Assembly: GCF_032062105.1 (NCBI RefSeq)
Contig: NW_026928438.1
Location: 186,001 to 250,000 of the forward strand
Reading direction: 5' to 3'
Length of the DNA stretch: 64,000 nucleotides
Source: Saccostrea cucullata
Lineage: Eukaryota
Part shown: in pieces, positions 49,871 to 63,700 of the stretch
Position numbering within the stretch: the stretch's first letter is position 1
How the letters are laid out: each line of letters begins with the position of its first letter
Notes under the pieces: generated by a model
What the model was told of the DNA's origin: nothing
The model's database searches: none
Seen by the model: only the letters and a program-made list of their open reading frames with translations
Program-made: the position numbers and the translations under genes

Positions 49871-52800
49871 AAACAACAACGAATTCCAAATGAACTTTTC
49901 TTATTAAGTGCTTCAGGTCATTTAACTAAACATGGATTAGCCAAATAGTTCACATGTATCTGCTTATCTAGATTGGACAATGTGATCATATTTTTTTTAA
50001 TCATAGTGCTTTGAATATAGACATTAACTCTCCCCTTTGCTCTCCGATAACTAGACCAAATTCAGCACTGTTTGACGTCATGACGTTAGAAAATAAACTT
50101 TGTGCGAATTCGATTAATTAAGCGGACTAATTCTTAATTTGACCAACAACAAAGTTCAAAAGTAGCTCTGAAAGCATCAAGAAAAAGAGGGAAAACACAG
50201 ATGTTGAATAAAAGGGCAAAAGACATTTAAGATGTAATGAATGTACATGTACATAGGCAGGAACTGAAGGTATGAATAATTGTAATTCAGGAGTTTATGA
50301 TATCATTGTTCCCACAAAACTTTTTCTCATTTTCCATAGTTCCGTGCTAAAATTTTGGATGCATTTATAAGCATTATTAAAAAAACGGGAAGAAGGTTTT
50401 GAAAATTAAAGGTTTTCATTAGGTAATAATTAGAATAAATCCATTAAAATAAAAAAAAAATAATTTTTGTATAATTTGAAGAAAAAACTGGACATTTTAT
50501 TGATGACATTTGCCCTCATCTCAGAATTTAACTGTGTAAGAGAAATCCCTCCTTGGTTTTCGACGTTTTGGAAGAATCCTCGAAAAGTAAGTCAACGCTC
50601 AGAGGATACCATCCACCACCAGGTGTTACACCATTCTGGTGCACTTATATATATTGTCCTAAGAAACCCACTGAAATAGAGAACGTTTGCTGCGAACAAA
50701 TTCCTGAGAACTATTTCTCATTATTGCCTGTGAGTATAGATGTAGTTGTACATGTATATATAACTCATTCTTCAGAACTAAATTTAGATTTGTGATCAAA
50801 AGGGCGATTTTTTTTTTCAAATAATCAGTTTCATTATTTATGTGAGTCAGTACCTTTCCTCCTCTGAAAAACAAATGATGGGAAGATAATCTGAAGTCTT
50901 AAAGAGGAGATAAGTGTCCAATTGTACAAGCATGTTTGAAATTTTACGTACGTAACTTGGGAGTCCACAGGGACTGTGTTTTTAATCAATGAGCTATACT
51001 TTTCTGGTGTATCCTTTTAGAAGTATCCATGTATAAACACTAGTTTGTATGTTTTATTGCATGACTTATTTCTGCCTTATTTCACTTATAATAATAAAAT
51101 ATATTCAAGATTACCATTGGACACCGTTACTTTCATATAAACACTAATCAAGTAACATATTACTAAAAATTAACAAGTTGTTAAAATATTAAAATAATGT
51201 GATCAAAGGGGTAGGATGAAATCATATTTGATGTTTAATCAAACGGAATTTATTTAAAAAGTCACAATTTTTATTCATACTTTCATGTAACATGGACACC
51301 TAAATCCGAATCTAAGGCTTAAAAAAGGAACAAAAAATAACAAAACAGTCAAACACTTGTCTGTAATACTTTTAATATTGTATTTCAAAGCTCAATAATA
51401 GACTAGCTTTCAAAGAGAATAAATGCAGACAAGTAAATTGTCAGTTGAATGGCTAAACATACTATATGTAGGTCTTCTATTTCGAGTCTTGTGGATCTTT
51501 GTGTCATTGTTACGAACATAATTCAGTCACTTTTTGTAAATCTGAAAGAAATAAAAAATATATAAAACAAAATAGACCATTAGCCAGTGGTATTGAAAAC
51601 ACATGTTTCTTAAATATATTACTTCTCAGTTGTTTGAAAAACTTTTTTTATAAAAGAAAACAAATGTTACGTTCAAACAATGGACACTAAAATTTGTTGT
51701 GGTCATTCATGTTTTCTTTCAAGTTATAATAACTATAAAATTTATGATAAAAAATCATTTTAAGTTACTTTTTATCTAATATAACTATACTTTATTAAAT
51801 ATCCTCGAAACACTAGAAACAAGGCAATCAAAGCACAAATTATTTCACCATTTCAAGTTTTCGTGTCTCCATTACGAACGTTATCGATATGGCAATATTT
51901 TAAAAAAAATATTCGATAAATATTCACCCTTTGATTAGACCAAAACAAAACCAACAAATATAGAATTAAATATAGTACAATGTAAGTTAATCAGTAATAG
52001 ACAATACAAATAATGTTAAAACACATGTTCATAACAAAAGACGCGAATCAAAAGTTAAATGTTTAACCGAAGGTACTCAACTCGGACAGATCAATGCATT
52101 TTGTGTGGTCATAATCAACATTTTTTAGTTTCTGATTAACAGGTACATGGTATAAAGATACAATTACTGTACTTATGTGATATACATTCAATCAAATTGG
52201 TACAATTCGAATCTACTCACCCTATCTATTATGTTCGTAACTTTCTTTTCCACATGGGCACAATGAGCGACGCCATGTTTTCTAGCAGACAGCTGCGCCA
52301 CCTCTTTACTTTCATTTTCAATTTATAATTATACCACTACCACGGACCCCATGATTCATAAATATGATTCATTGGCTGTTATTTGGCTGTTATATTATAC
52401 TGAAAGCTTTTATGTTCGTAACGGTCAAGACACCAAATATTAAAATTACACAAAGAATTGAGTTATGTTTATGAAGCCTTTTTTAAAAAAATAATAAATT
52501 ACCCATACTCATTTATTAAACACGGAAATTTAACTTGGAATATTATTTAAGTTCGGGAAAATTAGGATAATTTTAGCACGTTTGACAAAAGGAATACATC
52601 GTTTTATTTATATACTAAAACTATGTACACATATATCATGTCAAGTGATTTATTATTTTGATAAAACAGTATTTTATGCCAATTCCTTAATAATGTCACA
52701 ATTTCAGTTATTGAACTCTCCTGAATGCAATACAACTATGATCAATATTTTTTATTCCTCAACCATATTCAAAAAAACTATTTAAACTATATTCTCATAC

Positions 52801-54769
52801 AAATATCAAATTTTAGCAATATCAATCTATCTGCTTACACATTATTTATTGGAAAATAAAGGAGAAAATTAATATTTAAAAAAAACACCAGTATTGAAGA
52901 ATGAGTTGTATGTAAATGACATTTATTACTTTTCTACATGTTCTATGCATGAATATAATGCTTACATATGAGTTTTGATCAAAAAGTTTGAGAACTATTT
53001 CTATATTTACAAAACTACAATTCAAACGAGAGTGAAATTTGGCACAAACAGAGTCAAACACATGTTCTATAAATAGCATATGTAATGAAATGCTTTGCTT
53101 CATGTTTGTGACGCCACAATGTGATGATGACGTCAATACGTAGATCACTTATGATAAAAAATGGTTGACTCAGTCGTATTCGAGCAACAAACGGCTGTAA
53201 AGTTAAAAATATACATGTATCTTTGAAATTATACATAACTACATAAGCATATACTGTACGATTTTTACGCAGTTTATCTCTAAAATTCGACTGATCATTT
53301 TCCTTTAGAGAAACGAATTAGGTCACCATGCTGCGATAACGCTGTTTCGTTTAGCACCAGAGATTAGATTTGTTTGTAGACCTGTGAATAGACTGCAGAC
53401 GATTTGGGCTTTTGCCGCATTAAAAATATCCTTTTATTCATCAAAAACCTGTTTGTAGCTTATATGGATAAATCTTCTTTGAATATACAATAACAAAATC
53501 AGTTTCCTAATTTACCACTTTATCACTAAAATCAAGGAGTTTAAAAATATGGCTTAGGGAGGTCCGTGAAACAGCCCCGCCTCGCTTTAGAAACCTACAT
53601 TCATCAGCTACTTTCTGCAATATACAGTGTTTAAATTGCAAAACACTACACATCGATGTAGTCTAAATTTGTATTTCATTCTTAACTCAAATGTACATTT
53701 CATCTGCACAGTTTTGATACGTGTTTCTGATCGGATATTTGATGACATTTGTAATTTATTTGGAGAATAATGTCCGCGGCATTTCTTTGATCTCGGCAAT
53801 AATCGTAGTAGAATTTGCATTACTTTAACCCGCCTTGTCCCAAAAATGGGCAATGGTAAGATTTGATTGCATAATAATTCAGCCTTCATACACATCTATA
53901 AATTCACTTAACCTTTTCACTGTCGTACAGATTTGGAGTTCAAATTACACACAGTGCCGTGACAGTTTTTTATTACGTTAAATCTATGACGTTACGTTAC
54001 TGTGACGTCACAAACAAAGTAGGTAAAGGTATAAAAACTTTTTTGCCTTTCACTTTTTGCAGGAAATGCAGTACGATTAAAATTTAATATATACAAATGC
54101 AGTGTAATTGAAACAGAGTTATGCATAATAACTATTCACAAGTTTTCGTGATTTATCATTGAAAATTCTATCGAACTTGAAAAAGGTTTATTTCAGATGT
54201 TTGTACACCTTAAAATATAATTATTTTCTAACGTAGACCTTACATAATTTATCAAATGTACCCGGCCCATAGCTGAAAACTGTACTGTTAGTAGCTCTCC
54301 GAAAAAATATATATTGATAGACAGTCTGTCAAAATATTTTTGAAGAGCTACAGCTAGTTCTGCCACTACTAGTAACCCGACTACTAGAAAGCCCGATAGG
54401 GTGGGCGTCTTAATAAACCTGAACCCCCTAAAAAAAACCTAAATTGTTTTGATAATCCGATCTCAAAATTCCTATTTCTTGCGTATGTTTGTAAGGGGTG
54501 GGTTCTTATTTTTGGTTAACTTTTCCGAAAAAGAAACCTTGAATATACCAGAAGTCATATTCCCAAGTCAAGAGTTTCTGATCCGCTCTAGTGGAGCGCT
54601 CAGAAACTCTTGACTTGGGAAGATGACCAGAAGTGAGAGGGTGTGTGTGTGGAGGGGTATCTAAGGTATCTAAATTAAGATTTACTGTTAAAATAAACTC
54701 GAAAAAAAGTAGCCCCTCGTTATACGAGCCTTTACACACTCGATCACCCCTTTTCGTGAACCACTTGTA

Positions 54770-55030
54770 CGAAGGTTGTTAGGAAAGTTCGCGGACAAGA
54801 TCTATTATGAGCACGCTATCACCTTGAAACCGGTAAAACTCTCCAGATAAAAACTTTTACCGATTTTCTTATCAACATACAAAAATTTGGTGTTTTCCGG
54901 TGATTTGTAAAAAAATAATAGAGCTATATTAATTTGATAAAACATCCTTTATAGAGCATGCTACTTTTACACAAGTTTACATCACATAGACTTTTTATTG
55001 AAATCAAAAAATGCACTGTTATAAATTATT
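54770..55030. mobile_element. Tc1/mariner-like MITE left part (truncated inverted copy at 41685-41803)
   Basis: TA|CGAAGGTTGTTAGGAAAGTTCGCGGACAAG, colinear with 56334-56570. Confidence 0.7.
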
Positions 55031-56099
55031 TTTTATATTTGTTAACACGTTTATGTTGATCTTTTAATACTGTCACATTTTCTGTTCATTTTCCTAAATG
55101 CACGATAAGACATTAGTTTGCTTCGTATGTTTTCTTCGTCTTTTAACCCTTGATCGGAAACTTGGATGCAGTATGTGGATTGTTTGAATCAATCAAATAA
55201 AGAGGTTAAGATGTTTAGGTGTATAAAATCTTACTTCATTATTTTTCTAAAGATTTTATTAATCAAATCATGGGCATTTGTTTCTGTGATAATTTTAACT
55301 CATGGTATATCAATGATATTTTTAAAATATTGATTTTAAAACATATATCGCAAAAAAAAACCCAATCAAATAAAAAATAAAATAAAACAAGAAGAAAGTG
55401 GTTGTTCTTTGCGTATAAACCCTTCAAGACCCTTAAAAAATCAAGAAGTGTTTGTTAATTGACATATCTAATTCGTTTTAAAATCGCTTGCATAGCTGTT
55501 AGAAAATAAAATAATTAATACATGTATTACTACCGGTTTTAGTGACGTTGAAATCTCGAGGAAATCAAGATATTAGAGGTGTTTGCCCGGGGTGAGCGGG
55601 GAGGGGTACTTGCCCCGATTTCGACAGACAAGATATCTTGCCTGCCCTCTCATTGTAAATACCTGCCATAATTCTTTCATTAAAGTAATAGTGAGATATA
55701 ATCTAACAGGAGAAGCAAGCGAAAAAAAAAATGATCCCGGCTCCCCCCTCCCCTGTCGGCAATTAAAATCGATGATTCGTGCCTAAAAGAAATTAAATCT
55801 CTGTGGTATTTTGAACAAACAGAATGGATAGAATTCGATGGGAAGATGCGTATAAACATGCATGCAGAGGTTCTATGTCAAATTCGTTTCTTGCAGAAAA
55901 AAGAACCAAAATTGTTCAATGGACTTAGTAGTCTTTTCCGGCAATTGGCGATGTCATGCACTGACTACATGTATTACAAAACTGAGGGGTTTATCTGTAA
56001 AGTTCCGTGTCTCTTTGTGAATTTTTTTTTTAATGTGACATGTATGAAATAAACCCTTTCACTTTGGTATGCCCCTGAGGATGAAACTTTAAAACTTTT

Positions 56100-57781
56100 T
56101 ATATAGAAAATAATACATACCCTTTTCCATATCACATCCTGTATCAGCCCGAGACACCAATATCACCGAGAGGGCCGAAGACCCGAGGGCTGATATTGGT
56201 CGAGGGCTGATACAGGATGTGATGTGGAAAAGGGCATGTTTTATTATATTTATTACATACTTAGTAATAAAATACAGCATGCATTAAGTTGAGAAGAAAA
56301 TAAGTAAATAACCATGCATGGACCTCTTACATACGAGGGGTGTTAGAAAAGTTCGCGGACAAGTTCTTTTGTGAGCGCGCTATTTCCACGAAACCGGTCA
56401 AACTTTCTAAATAAAATCTTAACCTTTTTTGCAATAAATATACAAGAATTTGGTGCTCGCCGCTGATCATTAAAAAATATACAGCTTTTTTATTTTGATA
56501 AAACTTGCTTCACGGAGCATGCTACATTTTACATCACAAATCCTCTTTATTAAAATTAAAAATTGCACAATTGTAACGCAAAGAGATTTATGACATTTTA
56601 CCTGCCGCTAAAGTATTCACGAAACATCACATGGAGAAACTTTGAACTAAATTGGAGGGTATATGAATGTTTTAAAGCCGTTTATAAATGATCAACGCGT
56701 AAAAACACAGCCAAAAATTGGAACGTCATTGAGTGTCATTGAGCACTGCGCTACGTAAAAATTATGTGTGCAGACACGAAATTGTTTAAAAAGAGATTAA
56801 AGTGTTCAAGATGCTGCCGGAAATTTCCTACACATACAAAGGACAAAAGTTTTCAAATGTTGTAGCTTTATAAGAATGGAAGGATTAACATTTTTAATGA
56901 TTAACTCCATCGATACTTCAATACCCCCTTATCGCAGGAACGTTGCGTTGCGCCTATATGGTTTTGCATAGTTTCCATACCTGATCGATTAACTGCATAG
57001 ACTTTTTAAGATCTCAGTAATATCCGAATCGGTACAAAAGACATTATAAAAAAAAGTAACATGTCTTGATATAGATATTTAACTTTAAAGTTCAAGAAAA
57101 GATAGAAAAAATCCAAAGAAATGAAAGATTTATAGAACTGCGACAAAGCTTAACGTGTTAAAATTTGGTTGTCACGTCGCCTTATGTCAAGTGATTGCTC
57201 CGTGAATCCCATGACCACATAGTAAAAATCATTTTAAATTTTCAAGATTTTAGTATATGGAGCTGATTTTTTTTCATACCAATAAACAATATGTAGGAAT
57301 TTATTCAGACATAGGTCATACTTCACAGTACACAATATATTTTCCGTAATTCAATGTGTCCGCGAACTTTGCTAACAACCCTCGTACATGTACATGGTCT
57401 ATTGTCTCATACGATTTGGGTTTGTTTCAACTTCTATTTCAATGCACTCGATTCGTAATTTGAAAATAATCCATTACAATTACATGTATTTGTAAATTAA
57501 GATTAACCTTATTTTCAAAAAGTTAAAATTAAGAGAATATGAACCCACCAAAAATTGTGTATGATCACAAGTACTGTTTTTGTGGTTTAATTTACGAAGG
57601 GTGTGATGTTGACGTCACAATAGCCGTATCAGCCCTGTAGGGCTGATATGGATTTGTAGGACTGATATAGGGTATCAGCCCCGCAAATCCATATCAGCCC
57701 TGTAAGGCTGATACGGCTATTGTGACGTCAACCATATCGCATATGCAAAAAACCTGTATTTATTACTAAGTGTGTAATAAA
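56100..57781. mobile_element. Non-autonomous element with two terminal hairpins (56106-56245, 57608-57732), possibly Crypton-like
   Basis: Both hairpins share GTATCAGCCC/GGGCTGATA; TTTATTACATACTTAGTAA (56250) is inverted relative to TTACTAAGTGTGTAATAAA (57763-57781). Confidence 0.5.
56334..57384. mobile_element. Complete Tc1/mariner-like MITE
   Basis: TIRs CGAGGGGTGTTAGAAAAGTTCGCGGACA / TGTCCGCGAACTTTGCTAACAACCCTCG with TA on both sides. Confidence 0.85.
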
Positions 57782-60758
57782 GTCTGTTAAAAAGCCCTTC
57801 AAGGCTTTAACGTTTGATGATGTTACAATGTTAAACTTTATATAATATATCATGCCGATTCAATATCTAAAAAATATTTTCAGAAATTACAAAATGATAT
57901 AGTATTACTAGTATTTCCACGATCAAATCATTAAGTTTTTATGCGTAATGGTAAATTATTCCCGTTTTTAAAAAAGGCTAAATAAATATTTTTTAAAATT
58001 TTTCCCAATGGAATTTTGATTGCTTGTGTCGTTCAAACGAGGATTGAAAATGCAGACAAAGTTGTTTAATTTCAAATCAGAATGTACGGTTTTTCTTTTC
58101 TAATGACCAAGACAAATAAATTACCCGTTTAACATATTCCTTCCTACATAATATTTTTCAGCATAACATAAAATGATTGTATCCTGTTACAAAAGGGCAA
58201 AATGGCGCTAAACTCAGAATGATGACGTAACATCATAATCAGTTTTACTTGTGATGAAATGATAACGGTAGGCCCAAAATAGGCCCTTGGCACTTAACGT
58301 AGTTTTTGAAGATAGGCCCAAAATAGGCCCGCGGCACGAGGAATGTTCATTAAATAAGTTCTTTTTTGCAACAATTAAATTTTGTGAAGTTATAAAGGTT
58401 TTTGACTGAATAATTGTAGAACAGAGAGATAGAAGAGATTTAAACAACATTTCTCCGATCTTCTATCTCGGGGGAATAAAAGTACTAATAGTGCTTCACA
58501 ATTGCGATAGAATAAGTGACAAAATACACCTTTCCTTATCATTATAGATGCAGCGGTTTAATGGAAATATTGAAAGTATCCTGCACTTTTCCTCAACAAA
58601 TCATCATCTTATATGTAATGTCAATTTTCCAACGTCTTATAATATTCAGTAATTTTCTCCTACTTTCAGATCAAACGTATTTAAAAAGTACATGCGAACC
58701 TCTCTAAAGTAACTTACGACGTAATTAAGAATAGTCTTCATCGGATTTCATGACTGTTCAGTACATAGGAAAGGCTTGAATTGACATTAGCAACAAGCAG
58801 TCTCATGTCCACTAATCGAGGAATAAAAGGGATGTTCGATTAAATTAAATTGTATTTTGTCACAAGTTTGGATTTTTTAAAGTAAGATAAGAAAAAGAAG
58901 TTTGATGATTTTGAAAAGTTTAAATAAAACATCTCAAACTAGAGGATCAATATTCTACGTGGAAAAATGACACTAAGCCCACATTCTACGGGGCCACTTC
59001 TCGTCGTTCACCGCCATTTTTTCAAATATAAAAAGCGTAATAAAGAACTAATCAAACAGGGTCTAAGAATTTTTCAGAAATCTAAGAATACATGTACCAA
59101 GCAAAATTTGAATCTACTAGAACTCAACTTATTTTCGTTCAAAAAGCAATTTTTGAATTTTCACAAAATGTTCGATTGCCTTCCACCCCTTTAATTTGTT
59201 GCAGTATTGTCAAATAATATAAGAGAATATGATACTGAAAGAAGTTGGAACCCTACCCCCAATCCTCCTTCTTTTGGCTTGACAAGTTTCTTTAGGTTAG
59301 TATTTCTTTCTCAGGCTTCGGGACTTAATTTGAGTGTGTTTTATCTCGGACAGCCCCCCTCCACTTTCAATATAAAAATATGTCTGGAAAAAAGTTGGGG
59401 CAGACCCTCATGTCCCCCAGGTTAGCTTTGTGCGTGAAAACAAACAGTGCTCACCATTTAAATGAGGATTTCTTTCTAATTCTACATGTGCCTTTCTGAA
59501 ACGCCAAGACATGTTTTCCAGGAGACTGGAAAATATAACAACCAAATCACATTAACATTTGTAAAATTATTACCTTTTTAATATATTTTCCCAATTTTTA
59601 GGCGTATTTATATAAAAAAAAAACATTAACCATATTGTACCGCAATTAGTGTTTACTTATTTAAAAAAACGTAATTTTGTGATTTTTTTTCTTTTTCTTA
59701 CATTTTCCTTGAATCAGAATTAAGATATGTCAATTGATACATAGTGGTACTGAATCAAAGCTTTGTGGGACTTAAAAATGCCTCAAGTTTAATCAATTCC
59801 GTATAAATTACCCTCACTCTTTCATGTCCATTCTTTCAACAAAAGACACCTGTTTATTAATTATCTAAACATATACACATACAGTAATTATTTCTACAAA
59901 ACTTTTCCTTATTTTTCATATTTCCATGCTAAAATTTTTCATTTCCTTTAGGTGCATCTTTAAGCATTATTTAAAAAAAAAACAGGAGTTAGTCTTTAAA
60001 AATAAAAGGTTTTAAGGTCAAGATCAACAGGTTGTCTCCAGGAAAAAACTTCTTCAGACCAAAATTTTTTTTATGTTTTCTAGGCGTTTTAGACCCTTTT
60101 AAGGCATTTTAGGACCCCTTTTTGAAAAAAAAATTTTTTTAGGGGTCGGGGGCCAAATTCTCCGATTCTCCGAAAATTCTCCGAAATTCTCCGAAAGTAC
60201 GCGCTTATAACTTTATAACCAGTGATCAAATTTTATTTTTTTTGGTGTCAAAATAAAGGTACAAGTATGTAGTTTTTGTGTGCAAAATTTCAGAAAATTT
60301 GATTAACAATTAATACCTTTTCTCCATCATTCTCCAACCCCACCCCCTTATTTTCTTTTTTGAAATTGACTTTATTTACCCCATAACATTCACAAATATT
60401 TATCTACACTCATTTTTTTACGTATTCTTGTAAAACTTTTCCAGCCTAAAAGAATGATATCAAGTTTGAAAAAATCGACCCATAAATAAGGGAGTTATGG
60501 GCGTCGGAAGTCCGGATTTTCGAAAAAATGGCGACCGGCACAAAGTTTTCAGATTTTTTTCTCTAGAAAATAGCCAAAACTTTTTTATTTATTAAGATAT
60601 ATTTATAAATTTGGTGTCAAAATGTAGGTAAATTATTGCTCTCAAAAAATGAATAAAAATAATTATATATTTCAAACCGGAAGTATGGATTCTCCATCAT
60701 TCTCCATCCCAACCCCCTTCCGGTTTTTAATTTTATTAACTTCTAACGATAATATCTC

Positions 60759-63700
60759 TAGCCTGTTTCCCTGGCCTTCCCACAATGCTGCGCAAACGAA
60801 GGCCAGGCACGCACTGATTCATGGTTTCCTACTATAGGAGAGTTTTCAACATGGCGGATTACATGGTGAGTAACGTGGGTTCAGATAAATTGGTCTATTA
60901 CAGAGAATCTAGCTGTATCATTTGGGATTAATGTTTACCATTGATATGATACGGGTCTCCCATGATATTATATGCCCTCATTTCATGCATTATACAATTG
61001 ATCGTAATTATCTACACCCGTGAAGCGGAAGGAGGGGGTGGTCCTTTGTATTATAGAATAAACAACCGAATGTAGAGTGATAGAACTATTAAAATTCATA
61101 AAGTAACGAAACAACACTTTGTTAACATATTATGAAAATGTATGTATCCTGTTATGGTGTATTTCAGTCGTGAGACTCCCACAACTCGAATTTCCTCGGA
61201 GTTTTTACAGCATTTCAACCAGAATTAAATTATTTCCTGGTTAATATTTCAGGGAAAGATTTTCCACACTTACAGTAAGCCTGATAAGAGACTGTCTGAG
61301 GTAATATGTCTTATGATTCGTTTATTATAATCTAAGAGCAGAGTATGAAATATTATGATACCCAATTTATTCAGAATGAAACATATCCTACTTTACTTTA
61401 ATTAGTGGTAGAACATGTGCATATTTGAACAGTATGTAAGTTCAAAATGAAGTAATCTCTATATCTTGGATATTGATAAACTGGTTTATTAAATATTTAT
61501 TTACAGACTGTCAGTGCTGAGGAAAAGTGTCCATCTTTTTATCATAATCATATCCCGAATATCCATTCCTATGCCAAGTCAGAAACACAAGTATGCATAA
61601 TCAAGCATCAAGAATTCATATAGAAAATGATACTTTTGTTTATAATATTATAGTGGTATATAATATCAATGTGAAATAACCATGATGCATACCCATGATT
61701 AAAACCTTTCTGTTTCTCTCACAATTAAAACTTGCTAGATTGTATTTATAGATGGTGACAACTCCCAAAAAAAATATTCCTAAAAGGCCACGGGGAACCC
61801 CACCAGGAGCCACACCAAAAAAAAGTTAAAAAAAACCGGTGGGTTTTTTTTTTTTTTTTTGTCTTTTTGACACATATGTACCCATAACAGTATGACAAAG
61901 GTTGATATAAAAATAGGCCTATAGAACAAGGATAATTTTTTGACAGTCTTGAACTTTTTCTTATGGTATTGAACTACTGCATGTAGGTCTATAAAATGCT
62001 GGTTTTCAATTTAAAATTTGCTGGTACTGATTATTTTACTGAAATCAATTGGGAATTTTTCATATGAATCTCTCTTCGTGTCACCTTTCTTAAATACATG
62101 TACACTAAATTATACCTAATTTTTATCTACTTTATGTTTTAAATCGGTAATTACTAAACATATTTAAAAAATGATATTTTAGATTTTATTGTTGTCAATG
62201 TTGTCTATAAGTTATACAAAATAATCATTTCTCGATTCAAAAAATCCATTTGAAAGGCTATGATAACATGAAGTGCAATGATCATTTATTATTTAGAATC
62301 TTGGATCAAGATGGTCTGATGAGGAAAAGCAATTTTTAATAAATTACTTAGAAGTTAATCCACCTGTCGACACTCATAGTGCATATCAAACAACTACTGG
62401 AAGGAGTGTGCGGCTTCAATGAGTGAAGAGTTGAAAACCTCACGAACAGTAAATCTACCGTTTAATCCCTATCTTAAGCGCCCCCCTTAGGTCTTTTTCA
62501 ATTTACAGGAAATAAGGGCCCCCTGTACAGTGATTTAAAATCAACTATAATCGTGTCAAAATATTAAAGAAAGTGAAAATGAAACTTGTCTATTATCCAA
62601 TTTCTCAGTGGAAAATAAATGATTTAGCATAATTTGAGTGGATTGTCTTCACTTAAGTCAAGTTAGACATTATTTTTGTGGTTCCTTGTACTTATTTTTT
62701 TCTCAAAAAAAATTTTTGAAGTTAAAATATAAAATTGACAAATATATCATAAAGAGAATACCAAAATAACCGCTCCTTTTTGCAATTTTTCAAAGTCCGG
62801 GGCGGTTAATAGGGATTATATGTGTATTTTGAATATTATGTGTTTTTGATAGTAGCTTAATGCCTAAATGGTTTTCATCCAGTAATCAACATAACAGTCT
62901 TTTTAACCTCTGCAAACCAATGAATAATAAAGAAATTGTATATAATTTTATACATTTTAGAAATTAATAAACACGTGTATATTGATAGATAACTTACACT
63001 TTTTTAAATAAGGTTACTCTTGTCGTTACTATTATAATCGGAATATGAAGACCACACAGGAGCCATCCTATTGCAGTACAGATCCTGATGTTATGGAAAT
63101 TGATAAATTATATCCTGTCAGTGTGATACGAAATCCTCAAGAAGATTCCAGTTTCTAGACCGATATTTCTCTGCCACCTAAATGGTTTGCATTAATGATA
63201 TGTGTATTGAATAATACATTCTACCACAATTTGACTGGATAATTATTTCAATGTCTGACAGAAAGATACAAAGACTTTCAGATTTTTTTTTCTAGAATAG
63301 TAGTGTAGTGTAGTATCATGCTAACAATTGGTTTTGAAAATCTTCAGTTTTAAATCGTGTCTTGGTTCTCATTGATGATTGTCTTGAAAGGCAAATAGTT
63401 TTATTCAGTGCAGCATTTCATTCATAGTGCCTCATCAACATATCATTAAAGAAAAACCTGGGTTGCTTAATGGTAAAGCACTCATCGAATCATGAGAGAT
63501 TTGGGTTCAAGTCCTAACCTGGGTTAAACTGGTAATGAAGTTGATGAGGTTCATGAATGTGAAAGCTTTTATATGCAGGCAGGTAACAGAAGTATTGGGG
63601 GATTTATGATAAAAGAATTATGATAATAAAGTATAATAGGAAAACAGAATAGAGAGAATATATCTTCTTCATTCAATTGAATGAAAATAAATGTTCATAT

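Larger units (their letters stand above)
41685..54888. repeat. Giant palindrome 2 (arms 41685-48211 and 48368-54888; 156-bp spacer)
   Basis: Mirror-image ORFs with coordinate sums of about 96569-96582; identity stops at AAAAATTT|GG (54888) and at the spacer edges. Confidence 0.97.

Noticed and set aside
41834-54739. Duplicated 60-111-aa ORFs in palindrome 2 as genes
   Set aside because: Short, low-complexity, often non-ATG starts, overlapping MITE/CvA sequence; duplicated only by symmetry.
59940-60730. Repeat-like block with TTCTCCGA/TTCTCCAT motifs
   Set aside because: Probably a transposon fragment, but no ends or TSD could be defined.
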